The notes beneath the pieces are model-generated. The model had not been told where the DNA came from, searched no databases, and worked only from the letters and a program-made list of their open reading frames with translations. 64,000 bases of DNA from Dokdonella sp. (GTDB lineage: Bacteria > Pseudomonadota > Gammaproteobacteria > Xanthomonadales > Rhodanobacteraceae): positions 5,477 to 69,476 of the forward strand of contig JBDTYM010000005.1 in assembly GCA_040005635.1 (NCBI GenBank). The letters run 5' to 3'. Shown here in pieces: positions 1-8,822 of this stretch (the first letter of the stretch is position 1; each line of letters begins with the position of its first letter). Both the position numbers and the translations under genes were made by a program.

Positions 1-143
1 ACCCCGGCCTGACCGGCAAGCGCGGCCGTGTAGCCGGACAACCACCACAGAGCTGCCGGTTCCAGCCCTTCGAGCAGTCGCAGGATTTCGCCGGATTTCT
101 CTTCCGGCAACAACGAGATGGGCAGGGCAGGCAGCGCAGGCAC
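1..143 (-). CDS. cysJ: Sulfite reductase flavoprotein alpha subunit, N-terminal part (runs off the window edge)
   Basis: Manual translation from GTG at 143 gives MPALPALPISLLPEEKSGEILRLLEGLEPAALWWLSGYTAALAG; L(W/A)WxSGY is the CysJ N-terminal signature. Not in the ORF track. Confidence 0.75.
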   Translation of the reverse strand, partial: MPALPALPISLLPEEKSGEILRLLEGLEPAALWWLSGYTAALAGQAG

Positions 144-155
144 GACAGGCAAGTC

Positions 156-173
156 CGTTTGGACGTCCAAACG
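156..173. promoter_or_regulatory. Perfect 18-bp palindrome, putative operator upstream of cysJ
   Basis: CGTTTGGACGTCCAAACG equals its own reverse complement; overlaps Met-box-like octamers GGACGTCC and AAACGTCC (161-176). Confidence 0.5.
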
Positions 174-304
174 TCCTATGGTCTTGCATGCTAGGCCGCG
201 CGCGGTCGACGCGGAAAGAATGCATGGTTATGCGCTTATACGACAGGTGCATCTGCACGTCGCCACGACTGCCGCGATCCGCACGCGCAGCGGATCGGGT
301 CGCG

Positions 305-1711
305 TCAGGCCACTGCAACCCGCGCTGGCGGGCGTACGCCGAGCGGCAGATCGCGCACGATCGTCTGTGCCAGCGTGCGAATTTCCGGCATGCCGGTACA
401 TTCCCACAGGCTGCCGCGCAGCAGGGTTCCGATCGCATAGAGCCCATGCCAGGCGCTGCCGTCGGGGCGCAGCAAGCGGCCGTCCGGCTGCGCGGCGAGG
501 CCGAGACCGAGCGCATCCGGCTGTGCCACGCCGTGGTCGAGCAGTTGGCGCACGAGCGTGTGCGAGGTGGTCTGTGCGGCGGATTCAAGACCGGTCGCCT
601 GGATCACGAAATCCGCGGCCACGCTATAGGGGCGCGCGCCACCGCGCGGCTGCAGTTGTGCCAGCAGCAGCGGATCGCCGCCGTCGATCTCGCGCACGCG
701 TGCGGTGAGGATGCGCAGGCGGCCACTGTCCTGCAGTGCACGGATCTTCGAGGCGGTCTGCTCTGGCATGCGATGGCGCACGACTTCCCAGGTCGAGCGC
801 AGATGGCGCAGAAAGCGGGCTCGCTGACGCGGGTCGAGCGCCTGCCAGCAGCGCGGTATCTCGGCGCGTACCGCATCGAGTACGGCGCGCCAGTCGACGT
901 CCGCCGAGGCGGCGGCTGCGCGCACGCTGCGCAGCCAGTGGCCGAGGTTGGCGTGCTTGCGCAGCAGCGCAATCAAGGAGGCCTGCTCCGCATACGGCGC
1001 CAGGGGTAGTTCGGAATGCAGCGCGGGCAGGCGACCGCGGCGCGACACGGCGGTCAAGCGCGCGCGCGGCCAGCGCGCGGCGGCGCTGAGCAGGGCATCG
1101 ACGCCAGTCAGTCCAGTGCCGATCACCAGTACGTGCTCGGGCGCGCGCGACAAGGTCGGCCATGCCCACGGGTCGCTCGCATAGGCGCCGCTGCGGAGGG
1201 CCTTTGCGCTTACGCCCGGCAGCGTCGCTGCAGGCAGCGCGCCAAGCGCCAGCACGATGCCATCGGCGCGAAGGTCGTCGCCGCTGCGCGTGTGAATGCT
1301 GAAGCCGCGATCGGCGAGCGGGTGGATCGCGACGGCTTCGGTCGAGCGCGCCGCCAGTGTCACGCGCCGGCGCGTCGTGCGCAGCAAACGCTCCAGCGTC
1401 GCCTCGACATAGTCGCCATAAATCGAGCGCGGCAGAAACTGACCGCCGCTGGCCGCGATGCCGCGCGTGGCCGCGTAGTTGAGGAAATCGCCGGGTTGAT
1501 CGGCGAACAGACCCATGTTCGCCGCGCGCACATTGAGCAGATGCTGCTCGTCGACGGTCTCGTAGGCGACGCCGCGGCCCGGCGCACGTTCGCCGACGAT
1601 CCAGGTCACGGCACCGCCGCTGCTGTAGTCATAGTCGGCCGCGTTGCGCAGGAACTGCGCAACGACCGCTGAGCCGGCGGCGCCGCCGCCAATGATCGCG
1701 ATGCGTTGCAT
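305..1711 (-). CDS. FAD/NAD(P)-binding protein (YdhS-like oxidoreductase)
   Basis: IAIIGGGAAG Rossmann motif, GRGVAY..HLLNV, second GTGLTGVD motif, SRRG.LP, LWECT.MPEI. Confidence 0.85.
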   Translation of the reverse strand: MQRIAIIGGGAAGSAVVAQFLRNAADYDYSSGGAVTWIVGERAPGRGVAYETVDEQHLLNVRAANMGLFADQPGDFLNYAATRGIAASGGQFLPRSIYGDYVEATLERLLRTTRRRVTLAARSTEAVAIHPLADRGFSIHTRSGDDLRADGIVLALGALPAATLPGVSAKALRSGAYASDPWAWPTLSRAPEHVLVIGTGLTGVDALLSAAARWPRARLTAVSRRGRLPALHSELPLAPYAEQASLIALLRKHANLGHWLRSVRAAAASADVDWRAVLDAVRAEIPRCWQALDPRQRARFLRHLRSTWEVVRHRMPEQTASKIRALQDSGRLRILTARVREIDGGDPLLLAQLQPRGGARPYSVAADFVIQATGLESAAQTTSHTLVRQLLDHGVAQPDALGLGLAAQPDGRLLRPDGSAWHGLYAIGTLLRGSLWECTGMPEIRTLAQTIVRDLPLGVRPPARVAVA

Positions 1712-1741
1712 GAGGGATCTCGACTCGTCGTGGGCGAAAAA

Positions 1742-2332
1742 CTACACGCTCAACGTCGCATCGACGCTCGCGTGATGCGCGCGGGCGCTGTAGCCGCCGC
1801 GCGCGTCGGCCTGGAAGGCGTGATAGCGATCGAGCACGCCGCCATAGACATGCAGCGACAACGCCGGTCGCGTCGACGACAGGTTGCGGCAGCGATGCGC
1901 ATAGCGGCGTCCGGTGAACACGGCGGCGTCGCCGGTGCCGAGCAGGAGCGCGCGCTGCGCAGACAACTGCGGCTGATCGAGTTCGCCGCCAATCGCGAAT
2001 TCCTCGACCTCGAGTGCGCCATCGAGCACCAGCTCGATGCCCCACAAGCCGGCATGGTCGTGGATCGGCGTGCGATGACCGGCAGGCCATGCGATCAACA
2101 GAGCCGAATACGCCTCGTCGTTGCCGCCGGCTATCAGATGGCGGCGATAGTGCTCGGGCGCGGCGACGTCGAGCGTATTCGAGCGCGGCGCGTCGAGCAC
2201 GAGTGCCTGCTCGGCAAGGCGGCCGGAAAGGCGTTCGATGCTGGCGATCGTCGGGGCCGACCCCAGTGCCGCCAAGTCGCGGCGCACGTCGGCGAGCCAG
2301 CGGCGACTGCCGGCCGGAAGAGAGATGTCCAT
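1742..2332 (-). CDS. Cysteine dioxygenase type I family cupin
   Basis: W.AGHRTPIHDH, YRRHLI, AHRCRN, SLHVYG; ATG at 2332. Confidence 0.85.
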   Translation of the reverse strand: MDISLPAGSRRWLADVRRDLAALGSAPTIASIERLSGRLAEQALVLDAPRSNTLDVAAPEHYRRHLIAGGNDEAYSALLIAWPAGHRTPIHDHAGLWGIELVLDGALEVEEFAIGGELDQPQLSAQRALLLGTGDAAVFTGRRYAHRCRNLSSTRPALSLHVYGGVLDRYHAFQADARGGYSARAHHASVDATLSV

Positions 2333-2490
2333 GCGCAAGCCCCTGTGGATTGGATGGCGCTATGCCATCACGTTCGGTGTTAAACCGTAGCTAAACGCGA
2401 CACGCCAGACACCTATGCCGATATGGCGCGAACGACTGTGCTCATGCTCCGACGTGATGGGCGAACAGGGTATGGCGAATGCATTCGCTT

Positions 2491-3018
2491 TCACCCGCCC
2501 AGCGCCACGCGGTAAGCGCGCGCGATCGCGCTGCTGAAACAGCAGAACACGACCTCGGCGGGTGCCGATGCCTGCGCCAGCCACGCGCGTACCTCGCGTA
2601 CGGCGATCAGGCTCGCCGCGTCGATCGGATAGCCGTAGGCGCCGCAGCTGATCGCCGGCAACGCGATACGTTCGGCAGCGTTTTCCAGGGCCAGCCGCAG
2701 CGATGCCCGGTAGCAACTCGCCAGGCGCTCCGCTTCGCCGCGCGCGCCGCCGTGCCAGATCGGGCCGACCGTATGGATCACGAAGCGTGCCGGCAGTGCG
2801 AAGCCGGCCGTGATGCGTGCTTCGCCGGTCGGACAGCGCACGCCCGTGCGGACTTGCGGCAGCGCGCGGCATGCTGCGAGCAGGCCTGGTCCGGCTGAGC
2901 GGTGGATGGCGCCGTCGACGCCGCCACCCCCGAGCAGGCTTTCGTTGGCGGCATTGACGATTGCATCGACGTGCAAGGTCGTGATGTCCGCCTCGACGAT
3001 TTCGATGGAGTCAGTCAT
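2491..3018 (-). CDS. Macro-domain O-acetyl-ADP-ribose deacetylase (YmdB-like)
   Basis: DIT..VDAIVNAAN.SLLGGGGVDGAIH, VIHTVGP, PAISCGAYGYP. Confidence 0.9.
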   Translation of the reverse strand: MTDSIEIVEADITTLHVDAIVNAANESLLGGGGVDGAIHRSAGPGLLAACRALPQVRTGVRCPTGEARITAGFALPARFVIHTVGPIWHGGARGEAERLASCYRASLRLALENAAERIALPAISCGAYGYPIDAASLIAVREVRAWLAQASAPAEVVFCCFSSAIARAYRVALGG

Positions 3019-3149
3019 GGCAGGTAGGCGGCGTCGAGTCGTTGCTAGCTTCGCGATCCATCGCTCAGCATGCAACCCGGCCTGCGGCATCCTGCCTCCG
3101 ACGCTCGTCGCAAGCGTCACACCTCGCGCTATCTTCGAGCAGGCTTTCG

Positions 3150-3278
3150 TCGGCTGCCGCGATCGCGTTCCTCTACGACTTCTGGCTGATAATGGTGATG
3201 GCAGCGGTAGCGATTCCGTTCTTGCTGTTGCTCAAGCCGGTGAAGAGCAGGGTGGCGGCGGTGGTGGCGGATCACTGA
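3150..3278 (+). pseudogene. Remnant C-terminal helix of a DHA2 (EmrB/QacA) MFS transporter; left boundary approximate
   Basis: AAAIAFLYDFWLIMVMAAVAIPFLLLLKP..AVVADH* resembles the last TM helix and tail of EmrB-type proteins; the rest of the gene is absent. Confidence 0.45.
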
Positions 3279-3333
3279 AGCAGTCGAGCGCCGGCACATC
3301 GGCCCGCGCCTGGCGCCGCAGAGTTCGCGTCGC

Positions 3334-3708
3334 CTAGCCTTGAATGACGCAGCCGGTGAGCGGCGGAGGCCGCAATGCTTGATTGGCGTGCGCGATGATT
3401 TTGCACGCGTGTATGTCGACCACGACGGACGGCTGTGCGCTGGAAGGCTTGCCCCAACTTATGCGAACCGTATTGCTTGACATGACAACGGCGACGGAAT
3501 CGCCGCGGTTATAGCGCGAACCGAGCAGTACATCAGGCGAGGTGGTTTTGCCGTCGGCGAAGAATTGATAGTGAACCAGCTGTTTTTCGTCTCCCCGAAG
3601 CACGAACGTGAGATTGGTGCTTGGGATAGCGATGCGCGCCGTTTCGACTTCAGTGGAACAGGCGGAGATGCCTATCGCAATGACGAAGCTCGACAATAGA
3701 TAGCGCAT
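3334..3708 (-). CDS. Hypothetical lipoprotein
   Basis: MRYLLSSFVIAIGISA-C lipobox; GAGGG RBS; visibly more AT-rich than its neighbours. Confidence 0.6.
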   Translation of the reverse strand: MRYLLSSFVIAIGISACSTEVETARIAIPSTNLTFVLRGDEKQLVHYQFFADGKTTSPDVLLGSRYNRGDSVAVVMSSNTVRISWGKPSSAQPSVVVDIHACKIIAHANQALRPPPLTGCVIQG

Positions 3709-3790
3709 GCGTTTTCCCTCGCCTGAGCCATAGATTCTGGCATGGCTCAGGAGGGACGACGCAATGCAGCGTTCCTGTAGGATCGTGCGC

Positions 3791-4360
3791 ATGCACTCGC
3801 TACAACCTCTATCGGTCACGCTGCCGGAACTCGATTGCGGCGTCGCACTCTTGCGTCCCTGGCACCCCTCCGACCTCGACAGTCTCCTCGCAAATGCCAG
3901 CGACGAAAGCGTCTCGAAAGGGTTGCGCGATCGCTTTCCGTATCCCTACACCGGCGCCGACGGTCGCGCCTGGCTCGCGCGCGCGGTCGACGAATCGGAT
4001 CGAGCCTGGGCGATCGAGATCGGTGGCGCGGCGGTCGGTGGCGTCAGCCTGCATCCAGGCAGCGATGTGCATCGTCATTCGGCCGAACTCGGCTATTGGC
4101 TCGGTCAGCGCTACTGGGGGCGCGGCATCATGACGACGATCCTGGCCGCGTTCTCGGATCGCGCCATGTCAGCGTTCAACCTGCATCGTCTGTTCGCAAC
4201 CGTATATGCGAACAATCCGGCGTCGATGCGTGTGCTCGAGAAGATCGGGTTCGAGCGCGAGGGCGTGCAGAAATCGGCGGTCGTGAAGCGCGGCGATTTG
4301 CTCGATCTGCACGTTTACGCGCGTGTGCGCACGCAGCTGGGTCCGTTTCTGGAACAATGA
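3791..4360 (+). CDS. GNAT N-acetyltransferase (RimJ/RimL type)
   Basis: FPYPYT, AELGYWLG..YWGRGI, NPASMRVLEKIGF. Confidence 0.9.
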   Translation: MHSLQPLSVTLPELDCGVALLRPWHPSDLDSLLANASDESVSKGLRDRFPYPYTGADGRAWLARAVDESDRAWAIEIGGAAVGGVSLHPGSDVHRHSAELGYWLGQRYWGRGIMTTILAAFSDRAMSAFNLHRLFATVYANNPASMRVLEKIGFEREGVQKSAVVKRGDLLDLHVYARVRTQLGPFLEQ

Positions 4361-4415
4361 CGTCGCGTTGATGCTCGATGGCGTGGCTCAACCGATCAGC
4401 GGAGCATGGCGAGCG

Positions 4416-5366
4416 ATGGCAAACGACAAGGATTCGGAATCGCCCTGGGCGCGTGCGCGCGTGCGCACCGCGGATCAGGTTCGCAAGGAGCAGGGCCCAC
4501 GACGGGCAGCGCCAACACAGTCGCGGCCGGTGGACGACAGCGCGCGGAGTGCGCGCACGCTTCCAGCCGCTCCCGCGGTGGAGCGTTGGGATGAGAGCAA
4601 GGCTCCGTCAACGGCGACGCGTGAGACGCGTCTATACGGTTTGAATGCCTGCCTCGCTGCGTTTGCGAAGCGCCCGGAGTCCTTGCGCAAGGTCTATCTG
4701 ACCGAAGCGCGCATTCCGGCACTGAAGAATGTGCTCGCGTGGTGCGTCAAGCATCGGCTCGGCTATCGCGTCGTCGAAGAGGCCGATCTCGACAAGCTCA
4801 CGGCGTCGAAGCATCACGAGGGTGTGTGTTTCGATCTGCTGCGCGCGCCGCCGCTGCTGCTCGACGAGTTGCTGTCGCGCCTGCCCGATCCACCTGAGGC
4901 GTCGCTGCTGCTGTGGCTCGATGGGGTTGGCAATCCGCACAATCTGGGTGCGCTGCTGCGCAGCGCGGCGCATTTCGGTGTCGCAGGCGTGGTCGTGCCG
5001 ACGGAGGCGGGGCTGGATGTTTCCGGTGCAGCGGCGCGCGTCGCCGAGGGCGCGGCGGAAATCGTTCCGATCGCGCACGCGAAGTCCGCAGCGCTTGCGC
5101 TCGATGCGCTGAGGCGACAGGGCTATGCGATCGCCGCGACGGTGCCGCGAGACGGCACGGTGTTGTACGCGGCGACATTGCCGGCGCGACTGGCGCTCGT
5201 GTTCGGGGCCGAAGGCGAGGGCATGAGTGCGCCGATGATCGCGTCCGCCGACCTGCGTCTCAGCATACCGGGCAGCGGCGCGATCGAGAGTCTCAACGTT
5301 GCGGCGAGCGTTGCGGTGGTGCTGGGGGAGTATTGGCGGCAGCACGCAGGCGCGGGCCCGTCCTAG
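4416..5366 (+). CDS. TrmH/SpoU family RNA methyltransferase
   Basis: NPHNLGALLRSAAHFG, FGAEGEGM, IPGSGAIESLNVA. Confidence 0.9.
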   Translation: MANDKDSESPWARARVRTADQVRKEQGPRRAAPTQSRPVDDSARSARTLPAAPAVERWDESKAPSTATRETRLYGLNACLAAFAKRPESLRKVYLTEARIPALKNVLAWCVKHRLGYRVVEEADLDKLTASKHHEGVCFDLLRAPPLLLDELLSRLPDPPEASLLLWLDGVGNPHNLGALLRSAAHFGVAGVVVPTEAGLDVSGAAARVAEGAAEIVPIAHAKSAALALDALRRQGYAIAATVPRDGTVLYAATLPARLALVFGAEGEGMSAPMIASADLRLSIPGSGAIESLNVAASVAVVLGEYWRQHAGAGPS

Positions 5367-5472
5367 CGACTGGATCCAAGGCAGCGCGCATCGGCGCGGC
5401 CGTTGCGAGTGGAGTCGCGCTGCGAATCGGCCGTGTGGAATATCTGCAGCGCGGCTTCATTGCGGAACCTCG

Positions 5473-5521
5473 CCCTCTCGCCACAACCCTCTCCCGAACG
5501 GTGTAGCTGTTGGGGAGAGGG
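5473..5521. repeat. REP-like CCCTCTCCC...GGGAGAGGG inverted repeat between convergent genes
   Basis: ccctctccc 5487-5495 pairs with gggagaggg 5513-5521; extra ccctctc at 5473. Confidence 0.55.
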
Positions 5522-5528
5522 AGTGAAC

Positions 5529-6956
5529 TTATCCGCCGTGGTCTTTGGCGAACGCGCCGGATGCTGAACCGAAATCGCCATTCGCCTGCGCGGCCAGATA
5601 GGCGGAGACCGCATACGCGGCCACGTTCTGCTGCAGTTGCTGCGGATCGATCTTGTCGAGGGTGTCGTTCGCGGTGTGATGCCAGTCGAAGTAGCGCGTC
5701 GCGTCCTGATGCAGCGACAGCGCGGCCATGCCGACTCCATGCATCTCGGACAGATCGGAGCCGCCGTTGCCCGGCGCGCTCGCGTCGTACTCGATGCCAA
5801 GCGGTTGCAGCACGCTGGCGATCTGCGCGACGGCATCGCGCGCCTCAGGCTTCACCGACGCGGTGATCTTCCAGATGCGGTCGGCGCCTTCGTCGGACTC
5901 GCTGCCGAGAACGGCATGCGCGATGTCTTTCGCATACTTCGTCGCCAGCGCCTTGCCGCCGTACAGACCGGCTTCCTCGTTGGCGAATGCGACGACGCGG
6001 ATGCTGCGTTGCGGGCGATGCGGCAATTGCGCGATCACGTGCGCCGCGCCGACCGCGATGCCGATACCGACGCCATCGTCGATCGCGCCGGTACCCGGAT
6101 CCCAGGAATCGAGGTGGCCGCCCATGACGAAATATTCGTTCGGTTTCTTGCTGCCGCGCAGCTCGGCAATCACGTTGGCGCCGGTGAATTCACCTTCAAT
6201 GCCGCAATCGAGCGCAAGTTTCATCCGCACCGGCTGGCCGCTCTTGAGTTCGCGCTCGAGCTGATCGGCGTCCGGACTCGACAGCGCCGCGGCCGGGATC
6301 GGCGTGACGCCGGTGTCGAAACGCGTGACGCCGGTGTGCGGCAGCCGGTTGTGGTCGGTGCCGGCCGAGCGCAGCAGGAACGCGGCGGCGCCCTGTTGCG
6401 AAGCCAGCTGCGGTCCGTTCGTGCGCACGTGCGAACCGGCACCGTAGTCGTGACCGTCCTTGCGCGCCTGCATGGTCGTGGTGACGTAGACGATCTTGCC
6501 GCGCACGCTGTTCGCATCGGCGTTCTTCAACGCATCGAGCGTATCGAAGCCGACCACCTCGGCGTCGATGCCGCCGGCGGGCGTGGCGGGCGAGTAGCCG
6601 AGTGCGAGCAGTGCCAGCGGCTGCGGATACGGCGCGAGGATTTCCGCCTGCTGGCCGCGACGCACCCACTTCGGATAGGTGACCGGCTCGGTCCAGACCT
6701 TGTCGAAACCGAGCGCCTTGAACTTCGCGACAACCCAGTTGCGCGCCTTCGCATCGTTCGGCCCGGCGGCCAGGCGCGCACCGACTTCGGTCGTCAGTGC
6801 CGCGGTGAAATTCCAGGCGGTGTCATCGTGCAGCGACTGCTCGCGCAGTTGTTCGGCGGTCTTGATGTCGGCTGCCGACAGCGTGGTCGGCTTGCCTGCC
6901 GCGAAGGCCGGTGTGGCAAGACAGCAGGCGAGGGCGAGCGGCAACGAGCGGCGCAT
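5529..6956 (-). CDS. Secreted M28 metallopeptidase (carboxypeptidase Q-like, PA domain)
   Basis: Signal peptide, GGHLDSWD.GTGAIDDG, ANEE, HHTANDT. Confidence 0.9.
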   Translation of the reverse strand: MRRSLPLALACCLATPAFAAGKPTTLSAADIKTAEQLREQSLHDDTAWNFTAALTTEVGARLAAGPNDAKARNWVVAKFKALGFDKVWTEPVTYPKWVRRGQQAEILAPYPQPLALLALGYSPATPAGGIDAEVVGFDTLDALKNADANSVRGKIVYVTTTMQARKDGHDYGAGSHVRTNGPQLASQQGAAAFLLRSAGTDHNRLPHTGVTRFDTGVTPIPAAALSSPDADQLERELKSGQPVRMKLALDCGIEGEFTGANVIAELRGSKKPNEYFVMGGHLDSWDPGTGAIDDGVGIGIAVGAAHVIAQLPHRPQRSIRVVAFANEEAGLYGGKALATKYAKDIAHAVLGSESDEGADRIWKITASVKPEARDAVAQIASVLQPLGIEYDASAPGNGGSDLSEMHGVGMAALSLHQDATRYFDWHHTANDTLDKIDPQQLQQNVAAYAVSAYLAAQANGDFGSASGAFAKDHGG

Positions 6957-7088
6957 GGCGATTCTCCGTCCAGGAAAACCGCGATTATGCGTTGAGCGCG
7001 CGTACGCGGATCGGGCCAAACGTCACGCGTTGGAAGGAGCCTTTGCGTGCTCGGATACAGCGCGCGCCGAGCGCGTGTGCTGCGTCCG

Positions 7089-7487
7089 CTATCCGCGATT
7101 CTTGAGCAGATCGCGAATCTCGGTCAGCAGCACGACATCGGCCGCCGGCGCACTCGGGGCCGCTTCTTCTTTCTTGATCAGCCGATTCATCAGCTTGACG
7201 ACGAGGAAGATCGCGATCGCGACAATCGCGAACTGGATGAGCGTGTTGAGGAAGGCGCCGAACTGGACCGCGACTTCGCCCTTGCCGTCTGCGCCGGCCG
7301 CCTTGAGGATCCACTTGTACGCCGAGAAATCGACGCCGCCGATGACCAGACCGATCGGCGGCATGATGATCTGATCGACCAGCGACGTGACGATCTTGCC
7401 GAAGGCCGCGCCGATGACGACACCGACGGCGAGGTCGACGACATTGCCGCGTGCCGCGAACGACTTGAACTCGGACATGAAACTCAT
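7089..7487 (-). CDS. mscL: Large-conductance mechanosensitive channel
   Basis: [27 protein letters not shown]...LLTEIRDLL. Confidence 0.97.
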   Translation of the reverse strand: MSFMSEFKSFAARGNVVDLAVGVVIGAAFGKIVTSLVDQIIMPPIGLVIGGVDFSAYKWILKAAGADGKGEVAVQFGAFLNTLIQFAIVAIAIFLVVKLMNRLIKKEEAAPSAPAADVVLLTEIRDLLKNRG

Positions 7488-7557
7488 GGGGCCTCCTCGC
7501 AGTGGGACATCGACACAAGCTTCATTACTCTACCCCGAAGCGCAGTAGCCGGGTTGT

Positions 7558-8244
7558 TCACACAATGCGCCCGCGCAACGTCGCCAGGCCTTCGAGCTCG
7601 GCCTCGTAGCGGTCGCCGCGCTGCAGCGGCGCGACGCCAGCAGGCGTGCCGGTGAAGATCAGGTCGCCCGGCTTGAGTTCGAACAGACCCGACAGGTGAT
7701 GGATGATTTCGGCGACGCTGGAGACCATGTCGGCGATATCGGTCTGTTGGCGCCGCTCGCCGTTGACGTCGAGGCTGAGGCGCGCCTGCTGTGGATGGCC
7801 GATCTCGCTGGCACGGCGCAGCGCGGACACCGGCGCCGAATGATCGAACGCCTTGGCGGTATCCCACGGGCGCCCGGCCTTCTTCGCCTGCGCCTGCAGA
7901 TCGCGCCGCGTGAGGTCGAGGCCGACGCCGTAGCCAAAGACCAGATCGAGCGCGTGACCCACGGCAATGTCGCGGCCGCCACTGCCGAGCGCGACGATCA
8001 TCTCGACTTCGTGGTGGAAATCCTGCGTCGCCGGCGGATACGGAACGTCCGCGTCGCCGGTCACGATCGCGTCGGCGGGCTTGCAGAAAAACACCGGCTG
8101 CTCGCGATTGACGGGCGAACCCATTTCCTGCGCATGCAGGGCGTAGTTCTGACCGATGCAGTAGATGCGATGCAGTGGGAAGCGTGCGTCGCTGGCGTGA
8201 ATGGCGAGGCTCGAAACAGGAGTAGCGGGAATGATGAAGGTCAT
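7558..8244 (-). CDS. Fumarylacetoacetate hydrolase family protein
   Basis: RIYCIGQNY, HHEVE, DLTRRD, GDLIFTGTPAGV. Confidence 0.9.
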   Translation of the reverse strand: MTFIIPATPVSSLAIHASDARFPLHRIYCIGQNYALHAQEMGSPVNREQPVFFCKPADAIVTGDADVPYPPATQDFHHEVEMIVALGSGGRDIAVGHALDLVFGYGVGLDLTRRDLQAQAKKAGRPWDTAKAFDHSAPVSALRRASEIGHPQQARLSLDVNGERRQQTDIADMVSSVAEIIHHLSGLFELKPGDLIFTGTPAGVAPLQRGDRYEAELEGLATLRGRIV

Positions 8245-8290
8245 GCGCGGGTAATGCGGCGAAAGGGACGCGCAGCATAGCGCGCGACGA

Positions 8291-8719
8291 TCATGCCTTG
8301 CCGCTGCGCTGCTCGCGTCGCCATACCAGCTTCAAGCCCGACCACACCGCGTCGATTGCACAGACCTTGACGTCGACCAGGCCGAGCGGCAGCGCAATGG
8401 CGCGTACCGTGTCCTCGCTGATGTCGCTGGCGACTTTAGAAGCCTTCTTCGGCCACGACACCCACAATGCGCCGGCGGCCGGCAGGCGTGGCGACAAGGC
8501 ATCGATATCCTGCGTCAGCCGCTGCGCGGAGGTCGCGAACACGTGCGCGAAATCGAACTTTCCGCGCGGGCCGACAAGGTGGCAGGCGTCGCCCGCCAGT
8601 CCGATCAGGGCGGCGTAGTCGGACGGCGCGCCGCGCACCAGCACACGCAATTCCGGCTTCAGTCCAAGCTTCTGCCAGACCGGTTTGCCGGAATAGCCCG
8701 TTGCGTTTGCCAGTGACAT
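8291..8719 (-). CDS. DUF3052-like protein
   Basis: GYSG..KLGLK, WVSWPKK, GLVDVKVCAID..WSGLK. Confidence 0.75.
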   Translation of the reverse strand: MSLANATGYSGKPVWQKLGLKPELRVLVRGAPSDYAALIGLAGDACHLVGPRGKFDFAHVFATSAQRLTQDIDALSPRLPAAGALWVSWPKKASKVASDISEDTVRAIALPLGLVDVKVCAIDAVWSGLKLVWRREQRSGKA

Positions 8720-8822
8720 CTGTCATCTCCGCGGCGTGATCGGGGAGCCTTGCGGCCTTGCGTCGATGCACCGAGTCTATGGCAGACTTGAATTTCGTGT
8801 CGCATCGCTGGGGAAGCGCCGG

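Noticed and set aside
2491-3018. Macro-domain gene as part of an anti-phage or DarTG system
   Set aside because: Standalone YmdB-like protein with no adjacent ADP-ribosyltransferase or sirtuin.
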